The notes under the pieces are model-generated. The model was not told the DNA's origin. It was given only the letters and a program-made list of their open reading frames with translations, and ran no database searches. Source: Candidatus Latescibacterota bacterium (GTDB lineage: Bacteria; Latescibacterota; UBA2968; GCA-2709665). From it: a stretch of DNA of 64,000 bases. The DNA is taken from NCBI GenBank assembly GCA_965237675.1, contig OZ250150.1:3904001-3968000 (forward strand), in the 5' to 3' direction. Both the position numbers and the translations under genes were made by a program. Shown in pieces: positions 59,203 through 64,000 of this stretch. Positions within the stretch are counted from its first letter, which is position 1; every line of letters starts with the position of its first letter.

Positions 59203-59320
59203 AGTACCTCCATTGTTACGTAATTATTACATTTATTTTCATGAATTATTATAAGAAATTTCATTCACAAATTCAACAACGATCTACAGGGTGGATTTTC
59301 CTTCCGGAAGGAACACAGAG

Positions 59321-60430
59321 ATGAAAAAAAGCGAGTTGAAACGCACCCCACTCTACGGGCAACATATCGCATTGAACGCGAAGATGGTCGAATTCGGCGG
59401 TTGGGAGATGCCGGTCCAATATTCCGGTATCGTTGCGGAACATCAAGCAGTGCGAACGGCCGCGGGCTTGTTCGACGTCAGCCACATGGGGCAGGTCCAG
59501 GTCTCCGGCGACGGAGCAAGGGAATTTTTACAATATCTGGCAGCCAACGACATCGAGAAGCTCGAAATCGGCAAATGTCAATATTCCTTCCTGCTAAACG
59601 AACGTGGCGGTACGATTGACGACATGATGGTCTACCGGACCGAAGCGGACACGTACGTTCTTGTTGTCAACGCGTCGAATGCAGATAGAGACTGGGCCCA
59701 CGTGTCATCCACAGGGGCTGGCCGAAAGGGAATTCACTTGGAGAACCGAAGCGGCACCTGGGCCCTGCTGGCATTCCAGGGTCCGGCTGCCGGCGAAATC
59801 CTATCGAAACTGACGTCCGACGACGTCGCGGCGCTTCGTTTCCACGATGTGCGTCCGTTTACCGTTGCCGGTGTGCCGGTAGTGCTCGCCGCGTCCGGTT
59901 ATACCGGCGAAAACGGCTTTGAGGTCTTCGTGTCGTCGGACGAGGTGGAACTGCTGTGGCGCGCACTCCTGGACGCGGGTAAAGACGCGGGAGCGGTACC
60001 GGTTGGTCTGGGCGCCCGGGATACGCTCCGGCTGGAGGCCTCGCTCGCCCTGTACGGGCACGAACTGGATGAGAATACGTCCCCGTTGGTGGCCAATCTC
60101 GGTTTCGCGGTGGCCAAGACCGGATCGTATATCGGTTCCGGCGCGATTCGGAAACAGATGGCGCGCGGCGTCGACAAAAGGCTCGTGATGCTGGAAATGA
60201 TCGACAGAGGCATCCCGCGCCAGGGTTACGAGATTCACCGATCAGACGGCACAACCACAGGCGTCGTCACCAGCGGGTCGGTCTCGCCCTGGTCCGGCAA
60301 GATCATCGCCATGGGCTTTGTGAGCCCGAAGCTGGCCAGGCCGGGCCGGGAACTGCTTGTGTCCGTCCGAAGCCGTCGGCTTCGAGCCAAGGTGGTTCGC
60401 AGGCCGTACTACAGGCGTCCGGGCAGCTAG
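59321..60430 (+). CDS. gcvT: Glycine cleavage system aminomethyltransferase T
   Basis: LKRTPLY..H, FGGWEMPVQY, GLFDVSHMG, VVNASN, GYTGENGFE, GLGARDTLRLEA...LYGHE. Confidence 0.96.
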   Translation: MKKSELKRTPLYGQHIALNAKMVEFGGWEMPVQYSGIVAEHQAVRTAAGLFDVSHMGQVQVSGDGAREFLQYLAANDIEKLEIGKCQYSFLLNERGGTIDDMMVYRTEADTYVLVVNASNADRDWAHVSSTGAGRKGIHLENRSGTWALLAFQGPAAGEILSKLTSDDVAALRFHDVRPFTVAGVPVVLAASGYTGENGFEVFVSSDEVELLWRALLDAGKDAGAVPVGLGARDTLRLEASLALYGHELDENTSPLVANLGFAVAKTGSYIGSGAIRKQMARGVDKRLVMLEMIDRGIPRQGYEIHRSDGTTTGVVTSGSVSPWSGKIIAMGFVSPKLARPGRELLVSVRSRRLRAKVVRRPYYRRPGS

Positions 60431-60509
60431 TGTCCTCCCCCTACCATGCTCAGTTCGTTTTCTTGATTGACTGCAACCGGACTGTACGAATTTCAAATAC
60501 AATCAAAAG

Positions 60510-60544
60510 AAAAACCCGGAGTCGGTGGATGACTCCGGGTTTTT
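60510..60544. terminator. Bidirectional intrinsic terminator between gcvT and leuS
   Basis: AAAAACCCGGAGTC-GGTGGAT-GACTCCGGGTTTTT, a perfect inverted repeat. Confidence 0.9.
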
Positions 60545-60548
60545 GGAT

Positions 60549-62999
60549 TTACGCCACGATATTAACGAGGCGATTGGGAACGACAATTACCTTTCTGGGG
60601 ACCTTGTCCGCCAGATGGGTCCTGACGTTGGGCTGCTCCAACGCCAGTTTTTTTACGTCGTCGCCGTCGGCATCCACCTCCACCTGAAACCGTGCACGGA
60701 CTTTGCCGTTGACCTGTACCGGCATCTGAATGGTTGACGGGCGTGCAAGGGTTTCATCCCATTCGGGCCAGGCTTGTTGGTGAATGCTGTAGCTCCCGCC
60801 GATGCGTTCCCACAATTCTTCTGACAAGTGCGGTGCAAAGGGCGCCAATAACAGGCAAAGCGACCGGATGGCTCCTTTCCAGGCGTCCGAGTCCGCAACT
60901 GACGCGGCTTTTGCTTTTCCGAGCCGGTTGACGAAGGTCATCAGCGCGGCCACGGCGGTGTTGAAGTTGAACGACTCTAGATCCTCCGAAACCTTCTTGA
61001 TCGCCTGGTGGGTCACCCTCCGCAGTTCCGTCTCCTCCCCCTTCCCCGGTGGTTCACCCTCCAACGCCGGCTCCACGACCAGCGACCAGACCCGGTTCAG
61101 AAATCGGGGTACGCCCTCCATGCTCGCCGAGTTCCAGGGGCCGCCCTGGTCCCAGCGGCTGATGAACATCAGATACGCCCGAACGCTGTCGACGCCGCAT
61201 GCATCGATGAGATCGTCCGGATTCACCACGTTGCCCCGGGACTTGCTCATCTTTTCAGAATCCTCGCCGAGTATGATTCCCTGGTTGAATAACCGGACCA
61301 TGGGTTCGGCTTCGTCCGTGGCGATCAGCTTCATATCCCGCATCGCCATGGTGAAAAAACGCGTATAGAGCAGATGCATCGTGGCGTGTTCTATACCGCC
61401 CGTATACTGATCCACCGGCAGCCAGTAGGCCCCCTCGATCGGATCGAACGGGCCCGCGGCGTATTGAGGACTGAGATACCGGTACTGATACCACGAAGAA
61501 CACATGAATGTATCCATCGTATCGGTTTCTCTCAACGCATCCCCGTGACATTCCGGGCAGGTCGTATGCAGGAATCCTTCGTGATGTTTCAGCGGAGATT
61601 CGCCCGTAGGCAGAAACTCCGCATCCTCCGGCAATGTCAATGGGAGGTCCCGCTCCGGGACGGGCACGACCCCACAGTCGGCGCAGTAGACGATCGGTAT
61701 GGGACAGCCCCAATATCGTTGACGAGAAATCAGCCAGTCGTGCAACCGGTAGTTTACCTTCCGTTTGCCGATTCCCCGATCCTCCAGGTCTTCAGCCACC
61801 GCATGCTTCGCGGCCTCGGATGGCATTCCGATGAACCGGCCGGAATTGACCAGCACGCCTTCTCCCTCGTATGGACGCGTCAGTGGGCGACCATCCCAAT
61901 CCGGAGGTGCAATAACCGTTGGAACGGGCAATCCGTACCGTTTCGCAAACCCGAAATCCCTTTCGTCGTGTCCCGGAACGGCCATAATGGCGCCGGTTCC
62001 GTACGTTGTCAGCACGTAGTCCGCGATAAAAATCGGAACCTCGGCGTCGTTCATCGGGTTAATCGCATACGCCCCCGTGAAAACACCGTCCCGTTCTCTG
62101 TCCAGCGACAACCGGTCGATCTCGGATCGCCGGGCGGCTTTTTCGCGGTACGACGCGACGTCGGCCGCCTGGTCCTGTGTGGTGATGGTATCCACAAGGT
62201 GATGCTCTGGCGCCAATACGGCGAAGGTAACCCCGAAAATCGTATCCGCACGCGTGGTGAAAACGCGGAACGACTCCCCGGTTCCCTTAATTATCATTTC
62301 AAACTCCACCCCTTCGCTGCGGCCGATCCAGTTGGACTGCATCGTTTCGACCCGGTCGGGCCAGTCCAGGCCAGAAAAATCCAGCAGCGAATCCGCATAT
62401 TTCGTAATCCGGAACAGCCACTGATCCAGGTTTTTTTTGATTACGGGCGTATCGCAGCGTTCACAGTGGCGGTCGTCTCCCCACACCTGCTCTCTCGCAA
62501 GTGTGGTATTGCAACGGGGGCACCAGTCCACCGGGGCCTTTTTGCGGTAAGCCAGTCCGTGGCGATAGAACTGCAGGAACAGCCACTGCGTCCACTTGTA
62601 ATATTCAGGCTCGCACGTTACGATTTCTCTTTCCCAGTCGAACATGGCGCCCATTTTCTTCAGATGCCGCCGCATTCTTTCCACGTTGTCCATCGTCCAC
62701 CTGGCCGGATGAATTCCCCTTTCGATGGCGGCATTCTCCGCCGGTAGTCCGAACGCATCAAAACCAATTGGAAACAGGACGTTATAACCTTTCATCCGCA
62801 TCCATCTGGCGCGAGCGTCTGAAGGCGCCATCGCATACCAGTGTCCGATATGCAGGTCTCCTGAGGTATACGGCAACATGGTCAGCGCGTAGTGCTTGGG
62901 CCTGCCTTCTTGAACGGTACTCTTGTAGAGCCCCGTCTCCTCCCAGCGTGTGCGCCATTTGGATTCGATCAACGCAAAGTCATATCCGCTGTCAGCCAT
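60549..62999 (-). CDS. leuS: Leucine--tRNA ligase
   Basis: MLPYTSGDLHIGH, GFDAFGLPAENAA, editing domain FTTR.DT and GTGAIMAVP.HD.RD, DWLISRQRYWG, KMSKS, VQVNGK. Confidence 0.98.
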   Translation of the reverse strand: MADSGYDFALIESKWRTRWEETGLYKSTVQEGRPKHYALTMLPYTSGDLHIGHWYAMAPSDARARWMRMKGYNVLFPIGFDAFGLPAENAAIERGIHPARWTMDNVERMRRHLKKMGAMFDWEREIVTCEPEYYKWTQWLFLQFYRHGLAYRKKAPVDWCPRCNTTLAREQVWGDDRHCERCDTPVIKKNLDQWLFRITKYADSLLDFSGLDWPDRVETMQSNWIGRSEGVEFEMIIKGTGESFRVFTTRADTIFGVTFAVLAPEHHLVDTITTQDQAADVASYREKAARRSEIDRLSLDRERDGVFTGAYAINPMNDAEVPIFIADYVLTTYGTGAIMAVPGHDERDFGFAKRYGLPVPTVIAPPDWDGRPLTRPYEGEGVLVNSGRFIGMPSEAAKHAVAEDLEDRGIGKRKVNYRLHDWLISRQRYWGCPIPIVYCADCGVVPVPERDLPLTLPEDAEFLPTGESPLKHHEGFLHTTCPECHGDALRETDTMDTFMCSSWYQYRYLSPQYAAGPFDPIEGAYWLPVDQYTGGIEHATMHLLYTRFFTMAMRDMKLIATDEAEPMVRLFNQGIILGEDSEKMSKSRGNVVNPDDLIDACGVDSVRAYLMFISRWDQGGPWNSASMEGVPRFLNRVWSLVVEPALEGEPPGKGEETELRRVTHQAIKKVSEDLESFNFNTAVAALMTFVNRLGKAKAASVADSDAWKGAIRSLCLLLAPFAPHLSEELWERIGGSYSIHQQAWPEWDETLARPSTIQMPVQVNGKVRARFQVEVDADGDDVKKLALEQPNVRTHLADKVPRKVIVVPNRLVNIVA

Positions 63000-63213
63000 C
63001 TGGCGGCTCCCTCTTCTCACATTTTAAGAAGCTGTTATAAAATTTCTGGTGAGTTCCCGAGCGCGAGCGAAAATGTGTCGGTTCAGGCGGGCGAATCCGC
63101 CTATGAGAGGCGAGGGGCGCGCAGCCTCGACTGAAGATACGGGTGGATTTGTCCAACGCAGACCGACGCTCTTGCAGCCGCGCGAAGACCGCCGGGAGGT
63201 TTTAAGACAGCTT

Positions 63214-64000
63214 CTAGGGGTAAAGCCTCTGCATCATCCGGGGAAACGGAATCGTCTCCCGTACATGCCGCAACCCGCAGATCCACGCCACGGTCCGCTC
63301 GATGCCCAGGCCGAAACCGGCGTGCGGCACCGATCCGTAACGCCTCAGGTCCAGGTACCATTGTAAAGGGGTCTCGTCAAGTCTGTGTTCGGCGATCTTC
63401 CGCCGCAATTCCTCCAGGTTGTCTTCCCGCTGCCCGCCCCCAATGATCTCTCCGTATCCTTCAGGCGCCAGCATATCCATGCACAGCGCAAGCCGGCCGT
63501 CGTTTGGATCTCCCTTCATATAAAAGGCTTTACACGTCGCCGGATACCTGTGCACCAGGACCGGACGATCGAACTGTTCGGCCAGAACCGTTTCTTCGTC
63601 GCCGCCGAAATCATCGCCCCACCCATGCGGGACGCCCTTTTGGTTCAGGATATCCACCGCTTCCGTATAGGAGATTCTAGGGAACGGTTTCTTCACGCGT
63701 TCGAGCGGCTCGAGTTCCCGTTCCAGTAGCTCCAACTCCTCCCGCCGGTTTTCCAGGATCTGCTGAACGACGGTGCTGACGAAATCTTCCGCCAGATCCA
63801 TGTCGCCATTCAGGTCCAGGTAAGCCACCTCCGGCTCGACCATCCAGAATTCGGTGAGGTGCCGTCGGGTTTTCGATTTCTCCGCTCTGAATGTCGGCCC
63901 AAAGCAGTATACCTTTCCGAAGGCCATGGCGCTGGCTTCCAGATAGAGTTGTCCACTCTGGGTCAGATAGGCATGATCGTCAAAGTAGTCGGTCTGAAAG
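63214..64000 (-). CDS. asnS: Asparagine--tRNA ligase, 5'-truncated by the window end
   Basis: [69 protein letters not shown]. Confidence 0.96.
   Translation of the reverse strand, partial: FQTDYFDDHAYLTQSGQLYLEASAMAFGKVYCFGPTFRAEKSKTRRHLTEFWMVEPEVAYLDLNGDMDLAEDFVSTVVQQILENRREELELLERELEPLERVKKPFPRISYTEAVDILNQKGVPHGWGDDFGGDEETVLAEQFDRPVLVHRYPATCKAFYMKGDPNDGRLALCMDMLAPEGYGEIIGGGQREDNLEELRRKIAEHRLDETPLQWYLDLRRYGSVPHAGFGLGIERTVAWICGLRHVRETIPFPRMMQRLYP

Noticed and set aside
59236-59256. CATGAATTATT as the missing partner IR of the solo IS1380-type end
   Set aside because: It lacks the terminal CAGG and a matching target duplication, and lies in an AT-rich promoter region.
59203-59320. Glycine riboswitch upstream of gcvT
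   Set aside because: The spacer is short and AT-rich and lacks the GGAGA...CCGAAG...CTCTCAGG elements.
61374-62747. Long antisense ORFs (also 2755-3747, 14809-15753, 19244-20173, 26404-27441)
   Set aside because: They are shadow frames opposite well-supported genes in high-GC DNA.

Overview
A GC-rich bacterial chromosomal window. FlgD-Ig/T9SS-like C-terminal tails and cohesin/dockerin proteins suggest an FCB-superphylum organism such as Latescibacterota, though this is inference. In order it contains: two secreted modular proteins (dockerin; cohesin, Ig-like and four lamin-tail domains); a PP2C phosphatase, aldehyde dehydrogenase and HU/IHF; an internally deleted aminotransferase pseudogene; an ankyrin protein with a structured leader; a selenocysteine formate dehydrogenase operon (UGA plus SECIS); a methyl/formyl-amine catabolic cluster; a hybrid ABC/RND export operon; an AT-richer ATPase plus TOPRIM-like gene pair; a CdaA-YbbR fusion; a TPR protein and a heparinase-like propeller protein; a nested mobile element; then gcvT, leuS and partial asnS. 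Two results stand out. (1) The nested element at 52955-57513: a group II intron sits in an IS1380-type terminal repeat, a second ORF-deleted group II intron sits in its catalytic domain V, and an IS1380 interrupts its RT gene. (2) An RND permease fused to an ABC ATPase, in an operon with ABC-2 permeases. No rRNA, tRNA or CRISPR array was recognised. All calls come from reading motifs by eye; no database searches were run.
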